Notes: generated by a model not told the origin, from the letters alone. Numbered from the whole stretch's first letter, positions 50,609-62,475 are shown. The stretch: 63,798 nt of DNA, filler included, from Pelomyxa schiedti (GCA_020536535.1; 10 parts of 10 records of this genome joined end to end with filler, not necessarily neighbours in it), one strand, 5' to 3'. Program-made: numbers and translations.

Positions 50609-52658
50609 GTGGGAGAGGAAAAGGAGGCCACCACCATCGAAGACGTTCACGATGACGAATACAACTCCGTCTGCGTGGAGGACAACATGCACGGGGCTGA
50701 CCCGCTGGTGTACTGGATCGGCGAAGAGGGCCGTGCCTGGAACCGCGAGATGAAGGAGCGCAATGCCCAGGCCAGGACAGCCCACACGACGGCGACAGGC
50801 CGCGGCGGTGCCCAGTGCCAAGTTTCGCAGGCCCCAGTAATGCCTGAGCACCTGGCCGCCGAGCGCGCCAGAATCATGCGCAAGGCGGTGGCTGCGCTCG
50901 AGCCTCGTGATATTGACCTGCCGCGTGGGCCACCTCAGAGGGAGGCGGAAGAAATTGTTCTCGACTTCGGCCTCTTGAGTATGGTTGGCTACGGCCCGGA
51001 AGAGAAGTGGAAACTGTTGAGCGGCAGAAAGGAGATTGTGGGAGTGGGTGTGACTGGCGGAATGGGGGATGCTCTCAGGCGACACTTCGACTTGATTGCT
51101 TGTGGCTGTGCTGATCGGATCACGGAATCACTCACATCGGAGTTTGATGCGCTCAATGACTTGTTGCCTGTGTGCGTGGGGCCATTCATTGGCCGGTTGA
51201 TTGAGATGGCATCGAGGGAGCGTTGCCAGGGCCCAAACTTGACTGCAGTGTATGAATCCACACGGATACTCCTCAAACTGATGTGCCGCGAAAACTGCCG
51301 CCGCTTGTTCGTTCCATTTGAAAGCCAACTGCAATTGATTGCGAGCAGAATGATGATGATGGCGAGCAGAATGGCACCACTTCACAGGAAGGGATGCTCA
51401 CGTGCTGTGTGAACGAACTTGTGGGCAATTCTTCCACAATTCGTTCAGGCCATCTGCGATTCCTTTCTGTCCGGTCTGGCCCGAACCAATGAATCCAGCT
51501 CTTTGAACCCACTTCTCAACTTCATTCATGGATGGGACCTTTTACCTCATTGTGCACCGAAGGACTCTGTTGCGTTTCTCATGCAGAGCAATGTCACAGC
51601 TCGCATCATCAGCGGCCTCCTCCAGTTTTGTTGCAAGTTTTCCCAGCAGGAAGCCAGCTTGGTCAATCTTGTGTGGTTAATTGAGAACGTTCTTTCAGCG
51701 TTGAACATGTTGTGCTCTGTTGATCCTTCGAATGGGGACCAGGCTGTTCTTCAATTCGTGGAGGAAAACATCGAAGGAAGCAACGACATGTTCCAGAGGG
51801 GTGTTTCTTCATTGATGATCATGCCTGTGATTGTGACAGGAGGCACCGTTGGTGAGAACCTCGTGATGAAGTCCCTCATGATTGCTTGTGATGAGGACTC
51901 CTCGAAGTTCTATTCTCAATGAGGAGAGTGTTTGCCATGTTGAGTTCCGCGAGTTCAGTTGAACATCTGTTTGACAAGGCATTGGAGCTTCACAGCAAAG
52001 GAAGTTGCCTCGGCTTCTTCAGTCTTCTCAGCTGGACAGTGGAAGTGAGCAGGAAATCATCCAACAAGTGCTGAAAAGCCCGGAAATTGCTGGGAGCGTG
52101 GAGAGACTGTTGCCGGGTTTGAGCGCCCATGGCATTAGGAATTTAATGGCGAAATTACCTGCTGTGATCACCTTTTGGGGTGTTTGGGTGACGACATTGG
52201 ATGGCGTTTGGGGAAATTTTGGACTTGTTCAGCAATGTCTCCCGTTGTGTGAACCAGGGCACATTCCCTCTAGTCTCATTGTTGATGCCATTACACTTGG
52301 GCACGGACGCATTGCTGAATTGCTGCTGTGCCATGGCGTTTGCTTTCCTGAATCCGCACTGAACGGTAGAACCACGCTGGAACTCAATGGGGAGTTCGTT
52401 GATGCACACCACCCGAGTGTGTGGCGGTTCTTCAACACCACACCAACGTGGGACCCACAGAAACACAAGCTGTTCCCGTGGTGGTTCAAGGTTCTCATCC
52501 TCAACACCATCCTCCTCTGTTGGCTCCGCAACACAAACACATACACAGAATCAGCCAAGTCAACAGCAACACAACCAGGACATTGCAGCATTGGGAGGCT
52601 GTCACGATTCAATGTCCACCTCATCCTTTCCTTCCTTTCCCCTGTCCACTGGTTCTGA
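50609..52658 (+). pseudogene. Frameshifted HEAT/ARM-like plus ankyrin-like gene
   Basis: Three successive ORFs with no AT-rich introns between them. AVLQFVEENI resembles importin-beta HEAT repeats. It also has AITLGHGRIAELLLCHG and C-terminal WDPQKHKLFP...LILSFL. Confidence 0.5.
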
Positions 52659-53030
52659 GATACACACCTAAGCGTAGTGTCCTCGAGTTTGCCAAAAAGG
52701 AAAACAATTGTTGTGATTTTCGTTGACTCGGACTTCTCTGATTTTTTCCAACCAATCAAGCCTCCGACCGTTATGAGAGACAACTCAATTGATCGGCCTG
52801 CGGGGTTCCCGGTTCGATTTCTGCTGTAGGCAAAATTTTTCTTGGTAACCAAACCGTTACAAGAGCGACTGGGATTGTCATTGTGTCCTTCTCCTTTTTG
52901 GTGGGTTGCTATGTGTTGGGTGGGTCTGTTGGGAAGAATGAAGGACAGAGAGAGGTTCTCTTCCTGGTGGGATAGGAAATCCACCATAAGTGGAGAGAGC
53001 ATACTCTGTGATTCGATTGTAGAGTAGAGG

Positions 53031-54649
53031 TCATTTCCCTTGAGTGGAGAGATGAACATGATTCAAGTATGAAGACATTAATGATACAGTCAATCGTGGA
53101 AAGAGAGTGGCAGTATGACCAACTTGAAATAAATAAAATAACATAGATGTATCTGCTTGCGTTTTGGCTGCTTGTGTATGTTTTCTTGCAGTCTCTTGTT
53201 CAAAATGAACTGCTTCTTTCACAACAAGAAGTGGAACAACTTGAAAACACTTCTCAGAAGGTAATTGCTTACAACGCAATATGCCCCCAGTAGGCTTGGA
53301 GGTACTGTGCAAGTGTTCTACTTCACAATGAAACTGAAATTGAAAGTAGGTCTTCACATGATCAACCTCAAATACATCTTTCTTCACATTTTCAATTTGT
53401 TGTTGTGTGAGGAAGACAACCTGACAATTTGGGCAAGACTTGATAGTTGCTGCCACTACTGTAGGAAAGACATCCTTTGAAACAATAGGATTGGCAGCAA
53501 GGGTAATACGCAGCTTCTTCTTTAAAGCTACAAAGTGAGTATCACAAATAGAATGGCCATGATGTGGAGCAAAAAAGAATAAATCCCTTGAAGGTCTAGC
53601 TTCTTCCAAAATTTAAAGAGAGTACCAATATTTTGGTTTGCTTTTAAACCTCCATCTTGCCATAAATACAGCTCTGTGAAACCTTGTTGTTGGATCCACT
53701 CAAGAAACTCAGTATCTTTTGTAAGGTAATCCCAGACTGCCCGAGTGTATTTCCAGTCATGTGAATATGTGGCTAAGAAATCAAAGTGTTTTACTTGCAA
53801 AGCTGGTTTTGTTGTTTCAGAGCTCCTTGCCGTACTAATCCATGCAAATGAAATGCAATAGGAATGTAGCTTCAGAGACTCAACTTCATGAAAACATGTG
53901 TAATCAGCAACACCCAACAATTGATGGCTTTGTAGGTTTTCTCTCATGTCATGATAAGCTTTGGTTAACACTGTTACTTGATTTTTATGATTATCAAGGG
54001 TTGCTTGCTCTTCAACAGACAGATGATCTCTTGTTTTTTGTGTTACACAGTAAGAACACATATACTTATCAAAGTGTCCCCTTTTCAAGGAAAGAGCTCT
54101 GGCAAGAGATTTGAATTTTGTGAGACCAATGTGCACTTCATAATCCTTTTGGTACTCCTTCCAGGCAGCAAACCAAGTTGACCAAGGCAAATAACGAATA
54201 GAGGTTCCAGATTGAACAGGAGCATGGTCAAGTAACCATGTTTTTGTTGCTTGAATAAGTGGATTAAGTTCTTTTGCTACAGAGGGACTAAATTGACAAG
54301 GGGCAGTCAGTTTTGCAGAAGAGGTTATCATTCCTTTTTGTTGGAACTTTGCCCACCAACGATTGATGGTTTGGAGTGGTACATTGGTCAACCTGTGAGC
54401 TTCCTCTGGATTTTTGTCCAAAGTAGCTAAGGCAGCTACTTTATTCAGAGATTCAGGTTCAATGAATTCAAAGATTTCTTCTGGTTCCTGGGAGAAAAAC
54501 TTGTGAATTGAACTTGTTGAGGTTTTTGTGAGAAATTGGCTGAAAAGTGTTTGAACTTGTGTGGCTTGAACAGAGATTTGTGGAGAAGGTGAAATGTCCA
54601 CATGAGAGAATACTTCTCTTTCAATTTGGTGTTGCATGTCATGCAGTAA
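53031..54649 (-). mobile_element. Sola-like DDD DNA transposase with one frameshift, 5' end lost at the contig edge
   Basis: HTH-like VPLQTINRWWAKF, DKYMCSYC...H, acidic triad candidates VADY, WQDG and FFAPHHGHSICD. The frame changes near 53570. Confidence 0.7.
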
Positions 54650-56314
54650 NNNNNNNNNNNNNNNNNNNNNNNNNNNNNNNNNNNNNNNNNNNNTTAATTA
54701 ATTAANNNNNNNNNNNNNNNNNNNNNNNNNNNNNNNNNNNNNNNNNNNNTTCCTCAGGTAAAGATGGTTTTAGATGCTGAAGAAATAGCACGCACAGCGA
54801 CACCAACTTTGCCATGCTGCTTGGATCAGGAAGCGTTTGTTTGTATGCCTTCCAGCAGGCCACTGGGTGGTCAAAGAAGAAGAGCATCTGGAAGTATCCT
54901 CATTGGCTGGAGCTTGAATATGCAGGATTCTCAAAGGTCCATCTTGGGTCTATTCCTGTTCCAGGCGGTCTTGAGCTTCGGGGATACTGTTATTAGTATT
55001 GGGTAGTGGTTGGAAGCACTCACTGGGTTCCCATGTAGTCACTTGAGGACTAGTGTCGCTGAGAGTTGTAACCGCTGGCACGGTCGAGTGTGTAGCAGGT
55101 TCCATTCTGGATGTGTGTTGGAGATTTCGAGTCAACTGTATAAAAGTGCAGGAAAAGGGGGCTTATCAAAGGTAATCTTTTTCCCGCAGGTGTGCTCTGC
55201 ATCGCACCAATAAATAAATGATCTCGGATATCATCTGGGGTTGTGCTTCCTGTCTTCGTCATTGGCACTGTCGAGGGTACAAATACAACCACGCATGATC
55301 CAAGCTTCGCTCACTTTTTAATTCCTATTTATTACTGGGTGAATACCGAGTCAAGGGGGAAAACCTACCTTGATGTTTGCTGTGTAACGGTTCCTGTGGG
55401 TGAACAGAAGCGGAGGGGAATTGGTGAGAGTAAAAAAAAAAAAAAAGTTCGCCCTTTTTATTTTAGGATGGTGGTGGGAAAGCTCTCTCCATAGATTGGC
55501 GAAGTAAAAACTACCAAAAGCCCCTGAGGGGAGGGATGGCATGCAGGAACCAGCAGAGAAACATGAAAGGAAGCTGAACAGCCGAAACGTTTCCCCCCTC
55601 CATCCAAAAATTGAAAAGAGGGCGTTTCTCGCGGCTGTTCGTGATAAAAAAAAAAAACACACGCGCACACTCCCCATGTTTCCCCTTCCAGCGCAGCATG
55701 AACACTCTGAGGAAAGACGATGTCTTCTTCAGAAGAAGATCAGTGGAGAAGGAGACCCACCCAACAACCTGTGTGCGCCATCATCCCAGACTCAAGACTG
55801 ATTGTCTTTCATTTTTGTTTGGAACTTTTTATTTGTTTTCACCCACAAGTACGGTTCGGGAAAGAAATCGGCATGGAATACGGGAGGAATATCACTGAAA
55901 ATCATGTGGGGGTATAAGAGGTGGAGGTAAGTTCCCCACATCCAATGCATCCCCGTGGCAAACGGCCTTCAAATCAATGGAACAAGGTCAGAGGCTCACA
56001 CATGATCTCCATGTCTCCCTCTTTCCACATAGACTTCATGAAGCGGTCTGACCTACTGAGCCTCTGACCTTGTCCCTCATTTACTTGAACAACCCAGTCT
56101 CATTCAAGTCATCATCAGTCACTTTCATGAGTCAGATTCCTGGTCACCAAGGTATGACTTGATGCAGCCCAACAACATTTGACCAAGTAACCTCACTGCT
56201 ATAGTCCACCCACACTTTCACTTATAGAGAGACCCTCCACAATCATAGTTCAAGAAGAACAAGGAGGGAAGTTTTTTATTTTTAGGCATTATTGAAGTCC
56301 CAAACAACAGGTTT

Positions 56315-56620
56315 GTGTCTGTTATGGGTGGAGTCTGCTGTGATGGTTTCTGCTACAATTGGTGGGTGTTGTGCCTGGTACTTTATCTGGAAATCTCAAT
56401 TTTGCTGGTTGGGTATACTGGTGTTTATTGTAATCATCTTTACACCAGTGTGAAGCCTTTAGGGTGGATTGTATTCAAATCTTGGGTGAATGATGGTGGT
56501 TGTTTGGATTTTAGTCATTGACTTTATGAAAATACCTCCACATTCCTCTCACATTCTTCAGCCTTTGGATTTTCAAGCCTTTCAGTGTTTTCAAACACCA
56601 TTTGACAAAGATTTACCAAC
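56315..56620 (+). mobile_element. pogo/Fot1-type DDE_1 transposase remnant
   Basis: KIPPHSSHILQPLD matches the LPPHxSHxxQPLD motif. Surrounding frames are broken. Confidence 0.65.
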
Positions 56621-56987
56621 CCAAGCCTATGTTGAACAGATCGATCTATCAAAACAATCAAATTGTGTGAAAAGAGTTTCATCAAACATCCACCATCCCA
56701 AAACATCCACCATCCCAAAAAGTCACCCCGTCCACTTTTCGAGGCCTCAGACCGATTTGTGCGCGCATGCTCTACCCCAAAGTATCAATTCACAACGCCA
56801 TCCGATGGCGAGGGTAATATTTGGTTTCTGCTTTACAATGATAAAAACAAAGTAACTCCTGTGCGATGCATTATGGGATGCTTCCGCTTTGACGAAGCGT
56901 GTGCCCTGTACCTGGTACAGGTGCACCTGGGCTTCTTTTCCCTTTCTTTTTTGCACTCTTTCAGGTGGAGAGGCAAAAGGAGGGTTT

Positions 56988-57368
56988 CTATAAAGATTTT
57001 AGGCTTAGACTTCGAGGGCAGGTTCTGGGAGGCGTGGGTTGGCGGAGCAGCCAGGCAGCAGTCACAGCATCATAAATATCCACGTATGATTCCCCTTGGA
57101 ATGCAATGAGCCCATTTCCGCACTCCACAGCTGTATCACTCCCAATGTGGAAGACGTGGCATGGTTTGGCAAAATCCTCAGTTGAGAACAAGTTGAGAGT
57201 CATTAGTTCTGTGCTGTTGCCGGCGCCGTTATTGGTGTCATTGCTACTGTTGATGCTGGTGTTATGCATCGGTGGGATTTCAAGGAAGTGGCACGAGTCT
57301 ACCTTCTGGGGCCGGGATTCACAGGTCCTCAGGACTGTTACTGCCTTCCCTTCCCCTTTGGTAGTCAG
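56988..57368 (-). CDS. Orphan family A, C-terminal fragment
   Basis: NLFSTEDFAKP...GNGLIAF...VDIYDAVTAAWL. Confidence 0.55.
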   Translation of the reverse strand: MTTKGEGKAVTVLRTCESRPQKVDSCHFLEIPPMHNTSINSSNDTNNGAGNSTELMTLNLFSTEDFAKPCHVFHIGSDTAVECGNGLIAFQGESYVDIYDAVTAAWLLRQPTPPRTCPRSLSLKSL

Positions 57369-57699
57369 NNNNNNNNNNNNNNNNNNNNNNNNNNNNNNNN
57401 NNNNNNNNNNNNTTAATTAATTAANNNNNNNNNNNNNNNNNNNNNNNNNNNNNNNNNNNNNNNNNNNNAAAAAGAGGTTTAACAGTGTTTTTTATCAAAT
57501 ACTACCTTTTTACCTTATTTCCTCTCAAAAAGCTTCACCCCAGGAAAAGCTTCGCCCCATGGGGCGAGGCTTTTTGAGAGGAAAAACCTAGGGCGAAGGT
57601 TTCCAGAGGGAAGTGACAGCAAAAACCTTCGCCCCTTGGGTTTTTGGGCGAAGACTTCATAGAGGAAAACACTGACACCTTCGCCCCTTCGCCCATGAT

Positions 57700-60600
57700 C
57701 CAGTTATGCAGCTGGGTTAGTGCTGCTCTCTGCCCTTCTGTGAGGTTTTCCCATGTGATGCTGGCGGTTTTCCACTCAGCCTCATCCGTCTGTACTGTGG
57801 TGATGAACAGTTGGGCCACCCTTTCCTCTGGGGCTATTTCGTCGTATGGGTCCCTCAGTTTCAATAGCATAGGGGGAATCGCCTGTGCAGTGTCGGCCTG
57901 TTCCGCGCTTCTCATTCTTTCCTCCTCTACCGTGACTGGCCACGCTGTTGCGACGGGCTGCCCGGCCCTCACCACTAGTGTGGCCGCTCCTTTGTTGAGT
58001 AGACCCACGGTCGCCACTCGCAGGTCGTCGAGCTGGGCAACGCGGGGTCCCCAAATACCATTCCTCGCGGGAGTAGCACCCATCGCAGCCACACCCGCTT
58101 TCCGGCGTGTGATGGACTTACTGACTCCACCGTGAGCCGGCGTGTGGTACCCGGTGGTACGTGCTGGTCCATAGTGGCAATTAGAGTGGCCTTTCCATCG
58201 TCGTTCGTGGGGTCGATAAAGTCCCTCTTCCAGTCCCCACAGCGTACGCGTCCTTTTGCCATTGACAGCTCAGCACCCACCTTCCGCAGTAGGTCTAAGC
58301 CTATAAGGGCTTGGACTGGACACCCTTGGATTATGACGAAGTCGTGTTGTATCTTTTGCCCGCAAATGTGTGCCTTCATCCTTGCACGCCCCATTGCCAG
58401 CACCCGGCCTCCAATGCCTGCAATTCTGCCACACCACGGCTCCCTGGTGATGTCCCCATCGGCCCATTGTATCCAACGGAAGGTGGCCTCATCCAGTATG
58501 GATATCGTCGCGCACGTGTCCAACGTTAGCATAACTCTCTTGCCACCGATTCTTCCCCTGATGGTAGGTAATGCGGCACCTGATCCCCCATCCTTGAATA
58601 TGCACACCCTGCCTTGCACCACGTTCTTCTCCCCCATTGGGTGGGTGTCAGTGTCCATCCTTAGGTCTGCCCATGTAACTGTCTTGCGTGCTGTGGTCAC
58701 TCCGGTCGGTTTCTCAGTGTCCCCAACTGAGCCTGGAAGGCTCCCCCTTTCTCCACCCAGTGGAGTGCCCATGGTGTCATCTGACACTGATGGGTTGGCC
58801 AGTGTAGGGTTAACAACTGCCAATACCACGGTTCCAGGGGTGACGTGGTGCCCCAATATCTCTCCATGACTATAAATATTATGATTGTGCGGTGGGCCCA
58901 ACAATCCAGCCTCACACGTAGGTTTATATTCGAGCAGAGGGCCCAACAATCCAACCTCTCTCGCCGGTTTATTCCTGGTGGGTGCGCTGGCCACCAGTGT
59001 ATTAGAGGGAGGTGTGTTAGAGATATTAGGACTGCAATACCCAACCCGGGTTTGCTTCCAGTTTGTGTGTTTGGGGGAACAACCATCTTGCAATCCATTT
59101 TGCATTCCCAACATGGCCTCCCTCATGGTAGGCGTTAAAACCCCAGGGCTGACTTCCAGAGCCCCTATGTACGCATGAAGAAAAAAACGGTTGAAATTAA
59201 TCATTTATTGGTTTAGGGTTTACTTGGGGTTTTAGGTACAAAACTCTCCATGTCGTCCATCTGCCTCTTCATCTGCTCCCACCTTGCCCAACACTCAATA
59301 GGGTGCTGCTCCCTCCACTTATTGCAGTCGTAGATGCTATGTGCCACTGGGTTGCCACACAGTCGGCATGGGCTGCAGCAATTCCTCCAAGCATGCCCCA
59401 TCACACCACAATTGTTGCATCGCATGGACCCCCATCGGCTAGATCTACCTTGATAGCCCAGCCCTCCCCCAGACCACCGGGGTCGGGGCTGTATGGGTGG
59501 TTGTCGTGTTGTTGGTGGCTGTGGATTTGATCCCGGGTAGGATTCACAGGATGGCGCGCTCCAGCCGATCTGGGGCTCCATGGTCCTGTGGCCATTGGCA
59601 TTGGGCATGCCGTAAATAGGGCTCCCTTGCATCCCTACTGCACCCTGAGGAGCTGATGCTTGAGCCACTGGAAGGTCGGTTTGCACGTAAGCATATTGGG
59701 GGTTTGTCAGGAAGACATTATCCCGTGGTTGCTGCTGTGTACTTTCCCTTTTGAGTAGGGAGTTCTCCAAGACCACCAATCTCCTCTCAGTGTCACTCCT
59801 GTGCCCTTGTGCCCACGTTGAGTGTTGAGTCCCTCTTGTGTGTTCCTCACCCTTGTTCTTCCCTCCCCCTTCCTCACTGCTGGAGCTATCCTGACGGAAT
59901 CTGCCCCTCCCACTCTTCTTGCCCCATTGCCTGTACCCATGCTCCTCCAGCTCTGAGTGTGTCTCTTCACTGTCGGTGCTGGGGTCACTACTATCCTCCT
60001 CGTAACCTTCACCCTTCCTCGCCCAGTGTATCTCTCTTCTCACTGATCCTCGTCGTTCGACCTGCTGCACACCCTGACTCTCACCTCTTCCACTGGTGCG
60101 TCGCCTCTTAGGGGCTGCTACTCGGTGTGATTTCCTGTGGGTACCTGGAGACACCTTCCCCTGTTGTCCCAGGTCATCCTCCTCACTTTCCACAAGGAGA
60201 GCTCTCTCAGTTCGCTGACGCTGTTCAAGCTCCTTCATCAGTGTGTGTGCCTCTTCCTCCCTCCTTGCCTGGTCCACCAGTTCTGGTATGGTGGTGATGT
60301 CACCTGCCCGGAGCAGACCTGCTCATATTTCTTTCACCATCCCTTCCTGTATTTTGAGGATGAGAGGCCGCCCCACCAGCCCAGGCTCGGCACAATGCCA
60401 GCGCTGCACCATCTTCCTGATGTAGGTGGACACTGACTCTGATGGTGATTGCCTAGTTTCAGCCACGTCCTGTTGCAGTCTCTCCATGCCAGCCTCCCCA
60501 ATGAAGTGGTTGCAGCAGCTTTCCAGCACGCTGGGAGGGTAGGCATCATCGGGTATTTCATCGGCCCATGGTGCTGCCACCCCTTTTATCAAGCTACAAA

Positions 60601-60980
60601 ACAGTTGATTGGTCCGCACAGTCGTCAGCCGCTGGTTCCTGGTGAGGTTGTGGAAGTCTTCCAGCCATATGAGCAGGTGCTCAGGCCGCATCAGCGCTGG
60701 GTCCACGGCCTTCAGCTGCCAAGGCTCGACACACTTGGTGCTGGCCAAATCCTCCACGCATCTTGTGTCACACGCGCGTTCTACTTCTGCCTCTTGCTCT
60801 CTGTGGCGTTAGTGCGGGCGTTCCCGCTGTTCTTGGGTGTAATAGGCATAGGGATCGATTTAAGCACTCCACCACGTGTAAGACAAGCCCTTGTGGATGT
60901 CCGAAACGAAAGTCGGCAAGCGAACAAAAGTGTTCTCTATTATATCTATAACTTCTAATCCTTTAGGATAGTTCTAAACA
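57700..60980 (-). mobile_element. Ty3/gypsy LTR retrotransposon 5' half (LTR, PBS, gag, protease); RT/IN not present
   Basis: Gag RQSPSESVSTY, knuckles CNNCGVMGHAWRNC and CRLCGNPVAHSIYDC, protease LDTCATISI, PBS TGGTGGAGTGC. In-frame TGA at 60323-60325. Confidence 0.88.
60864..60980 (-). promoter_or_regulatory. Primer-binding site (60864-60874) and candidate short 5' LTR (60877-60980)
   Basis: The minus strand reads TGTTTAG...TCTTACA-CG-TGGTGGAGTGC. The LTR start is tentative because no second LTR is present. Confidence 0.6.
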
Positions 60981-61084
60981 GTGTGTGTGGTGATGTCACT
61001 GCGACTGCTGATAGAACTATAGCCGATCTGGTCCGGTTTGGGTGAGTGTGATTTAGGTCTGCTGGATGTGGGTTCTGAAACGGC

Positions 61085-62256
61085 CTACACCTCCAACCCT
61101 CGCTGAAGCTTCCACTTGCCATTGTGTTCCCTCTGAAGCTCTGAACATTCTCTCTGTGTGTCCTCGATGGCCTTGTGGAGTGTGCCTCCAATTGAAACCT
61201 GCTCAGACAGCTCCTTTGACAGCACTGTGTGTTTGTCAGCGAGCTTTGTGCACTCTGCAAACTGGCACCTCTGGAGTTGTGCGAGTGTGTCTGAGAGAGT
61301 GCGCAGCAATTGGAATGGTGGTGTGAATGTATTATCACGTTGAAGCTGTAGAAGAGGTTTCATCAGAATGTCATCCACTGTGTCACCATCATCACTCTCT
61401 GTGTTGTTTTATTTTGTTTGTCAAGTCAACAGATAATGAGTGTTTTTTTACCTTCTTCTTTCGGAACAGTGTACGTTGAAGTGGCAGAGGACTTGATTCC
61501 CAAAACCTTTTTTGTGAGTGTTGAGATGTTCCTGGCACACTCCTGGATCTCAGGCTCACTGTTATGCACCGTCAGTGTCTGCCCAAGGAGCTTCTTGCAT
61601 GAAGAATCTGATTCGTTCAGTTTCATCACCAGTGCGCCTTTCCGTTCAGTGAGTTTCGTCAGGTGCGATGCCAGTTCCTTGTTGGATTCTGTTGCTCTCT
61701 GGAGACTGTCATTCAGCTTTTTCACTGATTCATCAAGCAGGACAAACTCTGATGCGAAAGTCACCAACTGAGACTGGAGCAACTTCCTTCACCATGCTCC
61801 TTCCCCTGCACCCACTGGCCATCATACCTGTCACCGTTTGCCCACAGCCTCACACCCCGACCATGGAACACCTCACCAACGTAACTCCCTCCTCCAGCAC
61901 CAAACAGGATACTCCCTGTTCCACATTTCATGCCGTGGTCAAACTGACCATGGTAGATGTCACCTGAGCCATCAGGTGACATCCACGTTCCCACACTGTG
62001 CCACTTGTGACTGTCCCACTCACCCTCATACACCATCGCCATTGCTCCTGTGGCCCCCCCTTGGTTGTCATCCTCCTTTGCACACCCCACCCCTGCATCT
62101 CATTACAATTTGCAGTTGCATTCCACACCCACTCGCCATCCCTCACATCCACACCGTTGCTGTCGTGCCACGTTCCCCTTTTCCTGTGGTTGTCCCTCCA
62201 CAGCCCCTCAAACCAGCTGCCACCAACCAGAAGGAGGTCACAAAGTGCCAGAAATG
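61085..62256 (-). pseudogene. MORN-repeat plus coiled-coil gene, degenerate and frameshifted
   Basis: YEGEW, YHGQFDHG, YDGQWVQGKEHG repeats. A frame change leads into the coiled-coil exons 61426-61782 and 61085-61378. Confidence 0.6.
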
Positions 62257-62356
62257 NNNNNNNNNNNNNNNNNNNNNNNNNNNNNNNNNNNNNNNNNNNN
62301 TTAATTAATTAANNNNNNNNNNNNNNNNNNNNNNNNNNNNNNNNNNNNNNNNNNNN

Positions 62357-62475
62357 ACAACACAACACAACACAACACAACACAACACAACACAACACAA
62401 CACAACACAACACAACACAACACAACACAACACAACACAACACAACACAACACAACACAACACAACACAACACAA
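62357..62475. repeat. (CACAA)n microsatellite
   Basis: Seen directly. Intronic position, at a contig edge. Confidence 0.98.

Larger units (their letters stand above)
19241..62356. other. Nine artificial contig-joining spacers (N-TTAATTAATTAA-N)
   Basis: Found at about 19285, 20537, 40101, 42988, 44214, 48435, 54694, 57413 and 62301, each flanked by N runs. The linker has stops in all six frames. Confidence 0.97.

Noticed and set aside
56663-57109. Possible retroviral integrase remnant
   Set aside because: The resemblance is vague, and the opposite strand is partly explained by a family A C-terminus.
31925-60325. UGA-to-Trp genetic code reassignment, suggested by two in-frame TGAs
   Set aside because: TGA is the normal terminator of Sam50 (8335), the kinases (30173, 39422) and the trefoil gene. 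Isolated nonsense changes are the simpler explanation.
19285-62312. Recurrent TTAATTAATTAA palindrome and gene neighbourhoods across it
   Set aside because: It is an artificial concatenation linker within N runs, so adjacency across it has no biological meaning.
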